Source of the DNA: Chlamydiota bacterium
Lineage (GTDB): Bacteria; Chlamydiota; Chlamydiia; Chlamydiales; JAAZZY01
Assembly: GCA_022601345.1 (NCBI GenBank)
Contig: JAJACU010000010.1
Coordinates: 21,758-85,757, forward strand
Direction: 5' to 3'
DNA length: 64,000 bases
In this document: positions 46,574 to 60,475 of the stretch, one piece after another
Position numbering within the stretch: position 1 is the first letter of the stretch
Layout of the letters: each line of letters opens with the position of its first letter
Notes under the pieces: model-generated
Told to the model about the DNA's origin: nothing
What the model saw: the letters and a program-made list of their open reading frames with translations, nothing else
The model's database searches: none
Translations under genes and position numbers: made by a program

Positions 46574-47469
46574 CAGATGAAAAAATCATTATTATTGGAT
46601 GCTCTGGCTATGTAGGCTCACAGTTATTCCAATTCTATAACTCTAGAGATGCTGAAACCTTAGGCACTAGTCGTCATGACTCAAAAAAACATCCCTACTT
46701 TGATCTCAACAACCCTTCCTTAGATTTTTTAGATCAATTAAGTGCAAAATATACTACAGCAATTATATGCGCAGCAATTCCCAATATAGCTAAGTGTGAA
46801 AATGCTCCCAAAGAAACTTTCTCACAAAATGTCTTAGGCACTTTAAATCTGGCGCAGCAACTCGTAAAAAGAAATATTAAACCTGTCTTTTTTTCAAGTG
46901 ATGTTGTGTTTGACGGCAAAGCAGACCTTTATCAAGATGAAAGCGCTGCAAACCCTATAAATGAATACGGCTCTCAAAAACTCCTTTTAGAACAGTTAGT
47001 TCCTAAAATCTGCGATGATTATCTTATGATAAGGTTAAGCAAAACATTTAGTGTAGAGAGGCAAGATGAAACTTTTTTACATCAACTTGCAAAACAAGTT
47101 TATAGTGGAAAAAGCATTAGAGCTGCCTCAGATCTAGTTTTTAACCCTATTAATATTAGCGATGTTATCAAAGCCATTGATTTGCTGATTCAAAATAACT
47201 GCAATGGGACTTACAACATTTCGGGGACAGAAACTACAAGCTGGTATTTGCTAGCTAATCAACTAGCTGATGCTATAGGCCTTTCCAAAAACAAAATTGA
47301 GGAAACTTCTATAGATGAATTTGGAAAAGGAGCTAGCCGCGCTAAAAAGCTCAATGTTCAACCCAAAAAATTACTATCTGAATTCCCCCATTTTAAATTT
47401 TCTACAATAAATGAAAATATCCAAACCTTAAAAAAATTTTATCCCTCAACCACGAGAATACTACAATGA
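46570..47469 (+). CDS. RmlD-like NDP-4-keto sugar reductase
   Basis: GCSGYVG, FSSDVVFDG, PINEYGSQK. Confidence 0.85.
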   Translation: MTDEKIIIIGCSGYVGSQLFQFYNSRDAETLGTSRHDSKKHPYFDLNNPSLDFLDQLSAKYTTAIICAAIPNIAKCENAPKETFSQNVLGTLNLAQQLVKRNIKPVFFSSDVVFDGKADLYQDESAANPINEYGSQKLLLEQLVPKICDDYLMIRLSKTFSVERQDETFLHQLAKQVYSGKSIRAASDLVFNPINISDVIKAIDLLIQNNCNGTYNISGTETTSWYLLANQLADAIGLSKNKIEETSIDEFGKGASRAKKLNVQPKKLLSEFPHFKFSTINENIQTLKKFYPSTTRILQ

Positions 47470-48506
47470 AAAGTTTAGCTGCTGTACTAGAAAAATTAAA
47501 TGAACCTTTAAAAATTATTGAACTTGATATTCCACCCCTTAAACCAGGTCAAGTTTTAGTCAAAATTGCATATTCAGGACTTTGCCACTCCCAGCTCAAC
47601 GAAATAAAAGGAAAAAGAGGCGAAGATAAGTTTCTTCCTCATACGATGGGACACGAGGCTTCAGGTACAGTACTTCAAGTGGGCGAAGGTGTTACAAAAG
47701 TCAAAGTTGGAGATCATGTTGTAGCCTCCTGGATCAAAGGTAACGGCTTAAATGTAGCGGCATCTCAGTATCTTTATGGGAAAGAAGTTGTGAACTCTGG
47801 GGCAATCAGTACCTTTATGACTCACGCAGTCATCTCAGAAAATAGACTCATTCCTATTGAAAAAGATCTTTCATTAAAACTTGCAGCCCTACTTGGGTGC
47901 GCCCTACCTACCGGTATAGGAATGGTTTTAAATACAGCCAAAGTAAAGCCTGGCTCATCTATAGCTATTTTTGGTTTAGGCGGAATTGGCATGAGCGCTC
48001 TTATTGGAGCAAAGCTAATGTATGCGTCTAACTCAATCGCTATTGACATTTCAGAAGAAAAACTTAATTTAGCTAAACAGCTAGGAGCAACCCACACCAT
48101 TAACGCATCAAAAGAAAATGTTAATGAAAAAATTCTTGAATATACCTGTAACCTAGGAGTTGACTATTCTATTGAAGCTGCAGGTAACAAAAGTGCTATG
48201 CAACAAGCTTTTAAATCAGTAAAAAATCATACGGGCCTTTGCGTCATTGCTGGAAATTTGAAACATGACCAAACCATTGAAATTAATCCTTTTGACCTCA
48301 TTTTAGGAAAAAAAATTATAGGCACATGGGGCGGAGAAAGTAAAATTGATGAAGATATTTTTCTATATTCAAAATTACTTAAAGAGGCTAAGATCAACCT
48401 CGATCCACTAATAAGCCACGAATTTAAATTAGACCAAATTAATGAAGCTGTCAGCTTATTAGATGAAGGAAAAGCTGTTCGCTGTCTAATAAATTTAGGA
48501 AACTAA
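47466..48506 (+). CDS. Zinc-binding medium-chain dehydrogenase
   Basis: GLCHSQ, GHEASG, GLGGIG; lacks the four-Cys structural zinc lobe. Confidence 0.9.
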   Translation: MKSLAAVLEKLNEPLKIIELDIPPLKPGQVLVKIAYSGLCHSQLNEIKGKRGEDKFLPHTMGHEASGTVLQVGEGVTKVKVGDHVVASWIKGNGLNVAASQYLYGKEVVNSGAISTFMTHAVISENRLIPIEKDLSLKLAALLGCALPTGIGMVLNTAKVKPGSSIAIFGLGGIGMSALIGAKLMYASNSIAIDISEEKLNLAKQLGATHTINASKENVNEKILEYTCNLGVDYSIEAAGNKSAMQQAFKSVKNHTGLCVIAGNLKHDQTIEINPFDLILGKKIIGTWGGESKIDEDIFLYSKLLKEAKINLDPLISHEFKLDQINEAVSLLDEGKAVRCLINLGN

Positions 48507-48535
48507 TATTACTAAAGGGAGCCTGATACAAAGCA

Positions 48536-49678
48536 ATGAATTCTACATCGTATGTCGATTTTTATAAAAAACATAATATCTGCCCAGTACTGAATAATAT
48601 TGACCCACTTTTTCTAAAGAAAAGAGCAGCCCTTTATTTTCAGTTAGGCATCTTTCCTTCTTTTTTAAAAGATAAAACTGTTCTTGAATTTGGTCCTGGA
48701 AATGGAATCAACTCATTATATACAAATTCCCTAGGACCTAAAGAATATGTTCTTGTGGATGCTAATCCGACAAGCCTTGAAAATTGCAAAAAAAACTTCC
48801 AAGATTCTTTTGATGAGCATGACAACTATAGCTTCGTAAACAGCCTAGTCGATGACTTTCAAACGAATAAAAAATTTGATCTTGTTATATGTGAGGGCCT
48901 CATTCCTCACCAACACGATCCTAAAAGCTGCGCTAAACATGCTGCCTCGTTTACAAAAACTGGAGGCCTTTTTGTTCTGACATGCCACGACTTCCTTTCT
49001 TTTTTAAGTGAGAAGTTAAGGTGCTTTATTAGCTACATAAGTGTAGATAAAGATTGGAACTTTGACCAAAAAGTTGACCAAATTACAGCGCAACTCAGCA
49101 GTCATTTTAAAATTCTTAAATCGATGAATAGAAAACAAAGAGACTGGGTCATTGACAACACCATGCAAGTTGAGCATTGGACTGAAACTCCTCTATTTTC
49201 AGTTCATGACGCCATTGAGGCTCTCGATGAGAGTTTTATTCCTGTAGGTAGCTCTCCCAAATTTATTAATGACTTGCGCTGGTACAAAGACTTAACAGAT
49301 GATAATGATTTTTTATTCAATAAACATGCATTAGAAAAATACTGGAAAAATGTACATAACCTTATTGATTTTAGATTTGAGTTTCCAGAGAGATCTGCAA
49401 GGGCAAATAAAGAGCTTTACCAGATGTCGATAAATATTAAGAAATTAATTTCAAATTATCTTGCTGAGCCATCAAATAGTAACGGTGAGGCAATTATTGC
49501 GTTGCTTTATGAAATCAAAAGATCTGTTGAAGAGTTTTCAGAAGAAACAGCAAGAGCCATTCAATGCTACATTGACAATTTAAGTAGGGTTTTCAATCAA
49601 CAACCCACAAACTTTACCCATTTTCAAAACTGGTGGGGAAGAGGCATGCAATTTTTAAGTTTATTAAAGGTAGATTAG
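48536..49678 (+). CDS. Class I SAM-dependent methyltransferase
   Basis: VLEFGPGNG, FDLVICEG. Confidence 0.85.
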   Translation: MNSTSYVDFYKKHNICPVLNNIDPLFLKKRAALYFQLGIFPSFLKDKTVLEFGPGNGINSLYTNSLGPKEYVLVDANPTSLENCKKNFQDSFDEHDNYSFVNSLVDDFQTNKKFDLVICEGLIPHQHDPKSCAKHAASFTKTGGLFVLTCHDFLSFLSEKLRCFISYISVDKDWNFDQKVDQITAQLSSHFKILKSMNRKQRDWVIDNTMQVEHWTETPLFSVHDAIEALDESFIPVGSSPKFINDLRWYKDLTDDNDFLFNKHALEKYWKNVHNLIDFRFEFPERSARANKELYQMSINIKKLISNYLAEPSNSNGEAIIALLYEIKRSVEEFSEETARAIQCYIDNLSRVFNQQPTNFTHFQNWWGRGMQFLSLLKVD

Positions 49679-49682
49679 ATTT

Positions 49683-50498
49683 ATGCACACACTACAACAG
49701 CTCAAGCAGTACGAGAAAGATTTCATTGAAAACGGCTATTTTGTATTAGATCTAAACAACTTAGAGTACGTACAAGAAGCCGCAAATCTCATAGAAAATC
49801 ATCTTAAAAAGATTTCAGGTATCTCAGATATAACACTGAAAAATTACCACCAATTCTTTGATAGCAATGATGAACATTACGAAATGCAATTTCAAATGCT
49901 TCAGTTTTTTAGACAGAATCAGTTTGCACAGAAAATTCTTCAATCCAATCTAGATGTATATCAATTTTTACTAGGTCCAGATTTAGAAATCCAAACTGAG
50001 CCTTATTTAAGAATAACTAGACCCTTCAAATCTAAGGACAATATAGGCTTCCACAGAGACACTTTCTATGGCACTGGTCCTGGGGAAATTTCTTCGGTAA
50101 TACCTTTTGTAGATCTAACTGAAAAAAACTCTCTTTCAGTTTCTCCGAAATCGCACATTATACCCGATCGTCTCTTCAAATTAAAACAAGTGGTTAATGC
50201 TGAGGTTCCAAAAGATTCTAAAAGGCATAAAATGGGATTTCTATATGCTCCCAAGCTCATGGACCCTACAATTAGAGATCAAGTTGTTCCAGTTCCTTTA
50301 AAAAAAGGACAAGCTCTTGTTTTTATGCTTTCAATAGTACACGGTAGTGAAGAGAATCAAACGGACTATCCTAGGTGGTCAACAGATATAAGAGTGAGAA
50401 ACTCACTAACACCTTTAAATGAAAACATGAAAGCAAACTACTACAAGCCACTAAAAGTTTCTGCTACAGCTCAGACTTTTGAAAAACTTTCTGTATGA
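49683..50498 (+). CDS. PhyH-like 2OG-Fe(II) dioxygenase
   Basis: FHRDTFYG ... IVHGS ... RWSTDIR (HxD...H...R). Confidence 0.8.
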   Translation: MHTLQQLKQYEKDFIENGYFVLDLNNLEYVQEAANLIENHLKKISGISDITLKNYHQFFDSNDEHYEMQFQMLQFFRQNQFAQKILQSNLDVYQFLLGPDLEIQTEPYLRITRPFKSKDNIGFHRDTFYGTGPGEISSVIPFVDLTEKNSLSVSPKSHIIPDRLFKLKQVVNAEVPKDSKRHKMGFLYAPKLMDPTIRDQVVPVPLKKGQALVFMLSIVHGSEENQTDYPRWSTDIRVRNSLTPLNENMKANYYKPLKVSATAQTFEKLSV

Positions 50499-50914
50499 AA
50501 AACATATTGCCCCCACACTTTTCTAATATATCGATCATAAAAGCTATACATAAAGCAACTTATTACGATTATGAATCTTCACAAAGTGAGAAAGACAACT
50601 TAGAATTTTTAGAGCTAATAGATAGAGATTATATTCACTTAGCATCTAAAAGATTTTTCCAAAAAGCATTTGTATTTAGCTTATGTAAGGCTGTTAAACT
50701 CAGACGACTCTCAACTTTGACCTACCTAAAGACAAGCAAGCTATTTAATCAGCTACCAAAATCCAAGAAAGTTGAATTTCTATCTTATGCCCTATCCTTT
50801 AAACATGAAAATTACAAATTAATCCTAGATTTGCTCAAAAGTGACCCAGAGTTACCCAATAATCGTAAAATTAAGAAAACCCTTGAGATGGTCAAAACCA
50901 GCTCATTCAATTGA
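50495..50914 (+). CDS. Hypothetical protein, 139 aa
   Basis: ATGA overlap with the upstream gene; no recognised motif. Confidence 0.55.
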   Translation: MKNILPPHFSNISIIKAIHKATYYDYESSQSEKDNLEFLELIDRDYIHLASKRFFQKAFVFSLCKAVKLRRLSTLTYLKTSKLFNQLPKSKKVEFLSYALSFKHENYKLILDLLKSDPELPNNRKIKKTLEMVKTSSFN

Positions 50915-50931
50915 TTAGCAAAATTTAAACT

Positions 50932-52173
50932 CTACAGTTCATCAGTATTTTTATTAGATTTTTCAAAACTTTTGCTTACAGAACTTGCGGCTTTATAACA
51001 ATAAACAATAGGTGAGCCAAAAATGCTTGTATTTTGAGCATGTGTAATAGATTTAGAAGGGTTGATGAGCTCTCTATTCATTATTTCGCTTACCACATCT
51101 AAAACTTCGCTTGAAGTGTTATCATCAATGCGAATGTTGTGCTTTTTGAAATCTTCATCTAACCTAAGGTGACAGTAAGGACTTGCAAACATCTCACTAA
51201 ACTTAAGGTGTCTTTTCTCTTCTAAATGCCAATACTTCTTATATGTAAAAATATCAAATTTATGAATAGGTAGTCCATAGAATGGAGCAGTTTGAACTTG
51301 AACAACAGGCACTCCAAAATATCCTGGAATCAGTGAAGGGCCAGAGTTGCAGCCCAAAAAGAATTTACACTTTGAAAATAAAAAGACAGAGAAATGCTCT
51401 ACGTCTCCACAAACATCTGAAATATCAATAACTTTTTTAAGTGATTTGAATTTCTCAGGTAAAGGATTTGATTTTTTAGAAGCTACCCTAAAACACCACC
51501 CCCCTTTCTCAATAATTTTCTGACAAGCTTCGAAGTAACTCTCAACATCTACGCATCTGTTGTTGTAGTTTTTTTCCCAAAAAGAGTCTTTATTATAAAA
51601 GACACTGTCTCTGTAATGAAACGTTACAAACCACGCATTTTGCGGAACCTGCAATTTTTCCAAGATTTTTCTGGCATATCTTTCATCTTTTCTTGTTATT
51701 TCAAATAGTTTTTTAGAATAAAAGCGATTCGTTTCAAACATCGATCCACTACTTTGCGTATCTGACATATAGTAGTTAACTGGATATCGTAAGTTATCTT
51801 GTTCTTTAGATCTTAAACCATAAATTTCTGGATAGACAAATGGAGCAAGCAAACTGAATTTAATTTTTTCCCACTTAGAACTCGAATATTCAAAAAGTAA
51901 AGTAGAAAAGTACTTTTTTAAGTATTTAATTAAGTGAATATTTAGGTGCGGTGTTTGAAACTTAGAATGCGTTAAATCCATAGAAAAGACCACTATAAAT
52001 TTATAGTGTGGAGGCACTAACCCTAGCCGTTGCCGCTTAATTAGGGTACATGGCTCAGTTATTTGATGGCCTATTCCTCTAATAATAAGAGGTATCTCAA
52101 CAAATCGATATCCTAAAATGTGTAGAAACCGATAAGCCCCTTCAAATATTTTTTGATACAACCATTTAAACAT
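50932..52173 (-). CDS. TIGR04372-type glycosyltransferase
   Basis: GIGHQITE, WFVTFHYRD, CKFFLGCNSGP, DNTSSEV. Confidence 0.75.
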   Translation of the reverse strand: MFKWLYQKIFEGAYRFLHILGYRFVEIPLIIRGIGHQITEPCTLIKRQRLGLVPPHYKFIVVFSMDLTHSKFQTPHLNIHLIKYLKKYFSTLLFEYSSSKWEKIKFSLLAPFVYPEIYGLRSKEQDNLRYPVNYYMSDTQSSGSMFETNRFYSKKLFEITRKDERYARKILEKLQVPQNAWFVTFHYRDSVFYNKDSFWEKNYNNRCVDVESYFEACQKIIEKGGWCFRVASKKSNPLPEKFKSLKKVIDISDVCGDVEHFSVFLFSKCKFFLGCNSGPSLIPGYFGVPVVQVQTAPFYGLPIHKFDIFTYKKYWHLEEKRHLKFSEMFASPYCHLRLDEDFKKHNIRIDDNTSSEVLDVVSEIMNRELINPSKSITHAQNTSIFGSPIVYCYKAASSVSKSFEKSNKNTDEL

Positions 52174-52174
52174 T

Positions 52175-52924
52175 TTATTTTCTAATTAACATTGTAAATT
52201 CAAAGCTAACTCGAGAGTTGTTCATTGCATTGAAACATCCTCCATGAAGTAAGCGATCATGAAAGATAACACTTTCACCCGCTTTGTTACTAAGAGGAAG
52301 AACATTTAAATTATAATCTTCTTCATTAAAAACAGGCTTTAAAAACCCATCTCTTTCTTGTTGACCACAGCAATAATTTTCTTTTTGTGAGTGAGGAACA
52401 ACTCTTAAACCATTTCCAGCCTCTTCACACCAAATTGGAATCCAAATTTTAAGTCTTGTGTATCCTTCTGGCATTGTTCCGTGCCCTAAGTCCCAAAACC
52501 ATTTATCAGCATGCAATGGTCCAATATCATTTTTTTGTTGGGGTCTAACAAATCTCCAATAAATTTCTTCTTCATAAAGGTTTTCTTCATTAGCTACCTT
52601 AATTCCTCCAAATAACTCATTTAGCTGGTTGTAAAAAGGCATCTTTTGGATTTCATGAATATATTCTTGAGGAAAAATTCTATTGAGCTTTGTCCAAACC
52701 TTTTTATGGTCAATTAAGTCAGAAAACTTGTGAAATTCATCCATAGGCGTTTGAGAGCATTTATCTTTGAGATCTGGATAGTATTTTGACACGAGTGAAA
52801 CTGCATGCAAGTGCACCAGCTCTCTTATTTTTGTTAGCTCAGATGAAGATAATTTTACATCTAAAATGTAACCTGCTCCGTCATTAATTTCATTTAATGC
52901 AGCTTCTTGACTTAATGTGTCCAT
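52175..52924 (-). CDS. PhyH-like 2OG-Fe(II) dioxygenase
   Basis: PLHADKWFW ... FHDRLLHGG ... RVSFEF. Confidence 0.8.
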   Translation of the reverse strand: MDTLSQEAALNEINDGAGYILDVKLSSSELTKIRELVHLHAVSLVSKYYPDLKDKCSQTPMDEFHKFSDLIDHKKVWTKLNRIFPQEYIHEIQKMPFYNQLNELFGGIKVANEENLYEEEIYWRFVRPQQKNDIGPLHADKWFWDLGHGTMPEGYTRLKIWIPIWCEEAGNGLRVVPHSQKENYCCGQQERDGFLKPVFNEEDYNLNVLPLSNKAGESVIFHDRLLHGGCFNAMNNSRVSFEFTMLIRK

Positions 52925-53061
52925 ATGAATTTCAAACTCCTAAAATAGGTTTGTGCTTTCGCTCATGATGCATAATTTAAACCTTTCAAATCAACGAGAT
53001 ATTTAATTCACCTTAATTTATTCATCTGATAGAATCTGAAGATCTTAAACTAATAAGATAC

Positions 53062-54057
53062 ATGATGATTATTTCAAAAACTCCAGTCAGAATTAGTTTA
53101 TTTGGAGGTGGAACTGACTACCCTGATTACTTTAAAAGAGACAAAGGTGCAGTTTTAGGAACTACCATCAACAAGTATATTTATTTGAGTGTTAATAAAC
53201 TCAGTTCTTTTTTTGACTACAAAATAAAAGTTAGCTACTCGTTGTCAGAAAAAGTAGAATCTATTGAGGATATACAACACCCAAGCATTAGAGAATGTCT
53301 AAAGTACAAAGAAATGACCCAAGGATTAGACATTCACCATTTTGCAGACTTACCTGCCCGCACAGGACTAGGCTCATCATCATCGTTTACTGTTGGACTA
53401 TTAAACGCTATTCATAAGCTTCAAGATCATAAGGCTTCTAAAGAAATTTTAGCCAAAGAAGCGCTACATATTGAACAAAACTTAATTTGTGAACGTGTTG
53501 GCTCACAAGATCAAGTTCATGCAGCTTATGGTGGATTAAATATCATTGAATTCAACCAAGATGGCCATCAAGTAACTCCTTTGGATATTTCTCAAGAAAA
53601 ACAGGAACTTATTGAAAACAGCCTTTTGCTATTTTATACAGGCATTAATCGTTATGCCAATGACATTCTTGAGGAACAAATTAAAAACACTAAGGCGGGT
53701 TCTAAAGATGCCTTTTTAAAGAGAATGTATGAAATGGTCTACGAGGCAAAAGAAATAATCTTAAATTTAGATGGCCCAGAACTTATCCAAAAATTAGGGT
53801 CACTACTTCATAAAAGCTGGGAACACAAAAAAAGACTCTCCAGCAAAATTTCTAACAACAGTATTGATAACTATTATAGTCTGGCTAAGGATGCAGGAGC
53901 AATTGGCGGCAAACTTTGTGGAGCTGGGCATGGAGGTTTCCTGCTTTTAATGGTTCCTAGCAAAAAACAAGACCAAGTGCGCCATTCCCTACAAGATCTC
54001 TTAGAAGTAGACTTTAAGTTCGATCGAGAAGGCAGCCAAATTATTTACCAACAATAA
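53062..54057 (+). CDS. hddA: D-glycero-alpha-D-manno-heptose 7-phosphate kinase (GHMP family)
   Basis: TPVRISLFGGGTD, PARTGLGSSS, GSQDQ, GGKLCGAGHGG. Confidence 0.85.
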   Translation: MMIISKTPVRISLFGGGTDYPDYFKRDKGAVLGTTINKYIYLSVNKLSSFFDYKIKVSYSLSEKVESIEDIQHPSIRECLKYKEMTQGLDIHHFADLPARTGLGSSSSFTVGLLNAIHKLQDHKASKEILAKEALHIEQNLICERVGSQDQVHAAYGGLNIIEFNQDGHQVTPLDISQEKQELIENSLLLFYTGINRYANDILEEQIKNTKAGSKDAFLKRMYEMVYEAKEIILNLDGPELIQKLGSLLHKSWEHKKRLSSKISNNSIDNYYSLAKDAGAIGGKLCGAGHGGFLLLMVPSKKQDQVRHSLQDLLEVDFKFDREGSQIIYQQ

Positions 54058-54064
54058 CAACTAG

Positions 54065-55018
<954 letters not shown>

Positions 55019-55022
55019 CTAA

Positions 55023-55322
55023 ATGATTTTCAAAAGATTAAAATATCTAAAAGAGCTTAAGAAAAACAAAAATCAGTACTATCAGCTTATAAAAGATAAA
55101 AACACTTCTGAAATGAAAAAGTTATTTGACTCTGAAGTATTTTACAACTTCCCAAAGAAGTATATTTTTCGCTACATCCATTTTTGCTCAAGTTCATCTG
55201 ATGCTTTTTTTAGAAATGAAATTGTTGATTTTTTACTTTCAAATAAACGGTATTTGGAATTTGCTATAAAACACGTCAAAAACTTTCCTCTCGATGCCGA
55301 GGGGAAAGAGATTAACTCTTAA
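55023..55322 (+). CDS. Hypothetical protein, 99 aa
   Basis: Starts 4 bp after the upstream stop; no recognised motif. Confidence 0.5.
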   Translation: MIFKRLKYLKELKKNKNQYYQLIKDKNTSEMKKLFDSEVFYNFPKKYIFRYIHFCSSSSDAFFRNEIVDFLLSNKRYLEFAIKHVKNFPLDAEGKEINS

Positions 55323-56229
55323 TTAAGTCTTGCCCTATGTACCAAGAAATTGTTTTTTCTAAACCTTCTTGTAGTGGTGTAAATGCAAGTGATGGAAGAA
55401 GACTTTTTAACAAACCATTGTTCAAACATTTAGATTTAGCACCTACATATTTAGAAATATCATATTGTACATTCTCAAAATCATATCCAACTTCTTGACA
55501 TATGAGCTTTGCAAAATGACGAATCGTGTGTTCTTCTCCTGAACTAACATTAATCAACTTATTTTCTTCGTGTTCTATAAGGTTCAACATAACATCGACT
55601 AAATCAGTGACAAAAAGTAGCTCTCTTTTTTGATAACCATCACCCCACAAAACAGGCGGCTCTCCACCAGCCTTTGCCCCTGCAATTTTTCTAATTAAAT
55701 CGATAATAAAGTGGCATTGCTTGCCTTTATGAAAGTATTCAGTTCCATAAAGAGCGCTAAAAGCAAAGCACAAATATTTCATGCCATATTGCTTATTAAG
55801 TGAGACAAGCCCATTATAAAGCATCCGCTTAGTCATTGCATATGAAAAAAGACTTGAGTGTGGCAGCCCCTCAAGGTAATTTTCTTCTTTTAAGTCTGCC
55901 CCTGGTGCATAAGCGCAACTAGTGCCCATTGCAATCAGCTTTGCTTGTATTTGGCTTTCTTTCCACCACGAAAGAACATTTGTATTTATCTTTTGGTTCA
56001 TTAACCAAATATCACCTTGGTGAAGAGAAGGAAAGTCCCCAGCCTGTACCCACACAGCAAGGTGAAAGATATAATCAAACTTAATGCTATCAAATTGGTT
56101 TAAGGCTCCATCCTTAGACAAGTTGCATGTTTTAGAGCTAACTTTTGTGACCTCGTGGCCCTGCTCTTCAAGGGATTTACAAAGATGTCTTCCTAAAAAA
56201 CCCAAAGCACCTGTTACTAAAAACTTCAT
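55312..56229 (-). CDS. GDP-L-fucose synthase-like epimerase/reductase (Fcl/WcaG family)
   Basis: GALGFLG, GTSCAY, YAMTKR, LWGDGYQKRE. Confidence 0.85.
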   Translation of the reverse strand: MKFLVTGALGFLGRHLCKSLEEQGHEVTKVSSKTCNLSKDGALNQFDSIKFDYIFHLAVWVQAGDFPSLHQGDIWLMNQKINTNVLSWWKESQIQAKLIAMGTSCAYAPGADLKEENYLEGLPHSSLFSYAMTKRMLYNGLVSLNKQYGMKYLCFAFSALYGTEYFHKGKQCHFIIDLIRKIAGAKAGGEPPVLWGDGYQKRELLFVTDLVDVMLNLIEHEENKLINVSSGEEHTIRHFAKLICQEVGYDFENVQYDISKYVGAKSKCLNNGLLKSLLPSLAFTPLQEGLEKTISWYIGQDLIKS

Positions 56230-56348
56230 CCCTATCTCCATAAATAAATCTAACCCGTAGGACTATAGACTCTCCCTTAAAAGCTTGTAAAGAATAAGTA
56301 GATTTTTTCTCGATATTTTCACAAATTTCACCTATAGTCAGTTCCAAT

Positions 56349-57512
56349 ATGAAAACAAAAATTATTTCCATAAATCCTTGCTTTTACACAGAGATTGGAC
56401 ATAACTTCTACTACCTAAAATCAGTTGAAAAAGCCTGCAACATCTTAAACTGGGATTTCCATGCATTAGTCCCTCAAAAGAATATTTTAAAAGACCTTCC
56501 CTCCAATTGGTATAAAGTAATTAACTCTCCTACTATACGGGTTTGGTTTGAGTTTATTGAAAAAAAACCTTACAAAAGACCAAGAAAACTTATTAGAGCC
56601 AAACAAAGATTCTTGTACTATTTATCAGTTTATAGGGCCTTAAAAAAACTACTTAGAAAAGATAAACATAATCCTAGCATTTTGCTGTATGAAGCTTTTG
56701 GAGTAGAAGACCTCAGTTTAATTGCCCAGCTTATTCCTTTCCTACCTTGTAAAAACCTGCAAATTTGGCTTATTTTTAGATACCCTGCTTCATTTATGAA
56801 TGAAGATGCAAAAAAATATAAGTATTGGCTCTCTAAGATTGAAAGCAGCAGTGCTCAACTAAAATTAATTACTGATACAGACTTACTCCAACAAGATTTG
56901 TATCAATATTTTGAATCAAAGTTAGAGGTTTTTCCAATTCCTCTTCCCAAAGATTTAGGAAAAGAAAAAACTAACGAAAACACTAAAGAAATTACGTGTT
57001 GGTGGCCAGGAGTTGTCAGACCAGGAAAAGGATTGGATATTATACAAGAGTTCTCTGCATCTGAAAATAGCTCCAATAGGCTTATCAAATTAATAGCTGC
57101 AAAAAGTGCAAATCTAGTCCAGCAAAAACGAGGCCCTCACCTTAAAATTCTAGATGATAAACTCTCTAAAGATGACTACAACCTACACCTTGCAAAAAGC
57201 GACTTCATCCTTTTGCCATACACAGATGCATGTTATGAGAAAACCTCTTCAAATATTTTTGTAGAAGCGCTGCTTGCCGGAAAGATCCCTCTTGTATATT
57301 CAAATACATGGATGGCCTATGAACTTGAAAAATTTTCGCTCTCAGAACTGATTCTAGATTGGAAGGGCTCTTCATTATGCAATAGTATAGTTAAAATTTA
57401 TGAAAACCAAAAAATCAGAGAAAAAATACTTTATATGCAAAAAAGCTATCATCAACTTCACAATGTCGAAAACTTCAGCAAAAGCATGAAAAAACTAATA
57501 GAGAGAAACTAA
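56349..57512 (+). CDS. GT-B fold glycosyltransferase (GT4-like)
   Basis: GHNFYY, GVVRPGKG, DFILLPY...SSNIFVEALLAGK. Confidence 0.75.
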   Translation: MKTKIISINPCFYTEIGHNFYYLKSVEKACNILNWDFHALVPQKNILKDLPSNWYKVINSPTIRVWFEFIEKKPYKRPRKLIRAKQRFLYYLSVYRALKKLLRKDKHNPSILLYEAFGVEDLSLIAQLIPFLPCKNLQIWLIFRYPASFMNEDAKKYKYWLSKIESSSAQLKLITDTDLLQQDLYQYFESKLEVFPIPLPKDLGKEKTNENTKEITCWWPGVVRPGKGLDIIQEFSASENSSNRLIKLIAAKSANLVQQKRGPHLKILDDKLSKDDYNLHLAKSDFILLPYTDACYEKTSSNIFVEALLAGKIPLVYSNTWMAYELEKFSLSELILDWKGSSLCNSIVKIYENQKIREKILYMQKSYHQLHNVENFSKSMKKLIERN

Positions 57513-57513
57513 G

Positions 57514-59702
<2,189 letters not shown>

Positions 59703-59771
59703 AAGAAATTTCTATTGACATTATCTTGTTATTTAAAAGAAAATTTTGAAATCTAAAGCTATAGTTATGAA

Positions 59772-60473
59772 GTGAATAGGACATCTTCTTTTTTCAGAAT
59801 TCTTTGTGCACTTTCTACATTTTGTTTGGGATCTTTTATTTCAGCAAACTCTTCTATCTTTTTGCAATCTCGACACCACCGCTATAAACTAAATAAACCA
59901 CTACCTAAAGAGCAAGACCCTGAATTCATTAAGCAAGTAAACACCGACATTAGCATGCAAAAAGTAACGTGTGAAGGGCGTGTCGCATTTTTCTTGCCTC
60001 TTGGCAAAGATTTTCAAAAGACTTATGGGTATTCTAACCTTTCGTACCAACTAGAGGCTCTTTTTCTTTTACCCAAAAACTTAAACTGGTGGAGTAATTT
60101 TTCATTTCTACACACCGATGGGCACAGTAGCCCTTTGAAAAACCCAGCTCGTCTAGATATTTACTCCTTAAGTTTTGGGGCAAGTTATGTTTTTTATGTT
60201 TTTAACACTATCTATGCATACATAGGGCTTGGAGGACTATATTCATGGACTAATGAACAAATTAGAACAATCGACTTTAGGCCTTATGTGAGAAGAAATG
60301 GAGGGGGATTTATCTCCAAACTAAAAATTTCACGTGAAATAGAAAACCAGTTTTTTCTATCTTTTTTCTCAAACTACCAACTATTAAATTTTAAGAAGAA
60401 AAGTCATTTTAAAGCTATGAGGGTAAACCTAAGTGGCTTTTATGTTGGCATAGGTGCAGGATTAATTTTTTAA
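59772..60473 (+). CDS. Small outer-membrane beta-barrel protein
   Basis: Signal peptide, about 8 amphipathic strands, C-terminal GFYVGIGAGLIF ending in Phe. Confidence 0.75.
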   Translation: MNRTSSFFRILCALSTFCLGSFISANSSIFLQSRHHRYKLNKPLPKEQDPEFIKQVNTDISMQKVTCEGRVAFFLPLGKDFQKTYGYSNLSYQLEALFLLPKNLNWWSNFSFLHTDGHSSPLKNPARLDIYSLSFGASYVFYVFNTIYAYIGLGGLYSWTNEQIRTIDFRPYVRRNGGGFISKLKISREIENQFFLSFFSNYQLLNFKKKSHFKAMRVNLSGFYVGIGAGLIF

Positions 60474-60475
60474 AT

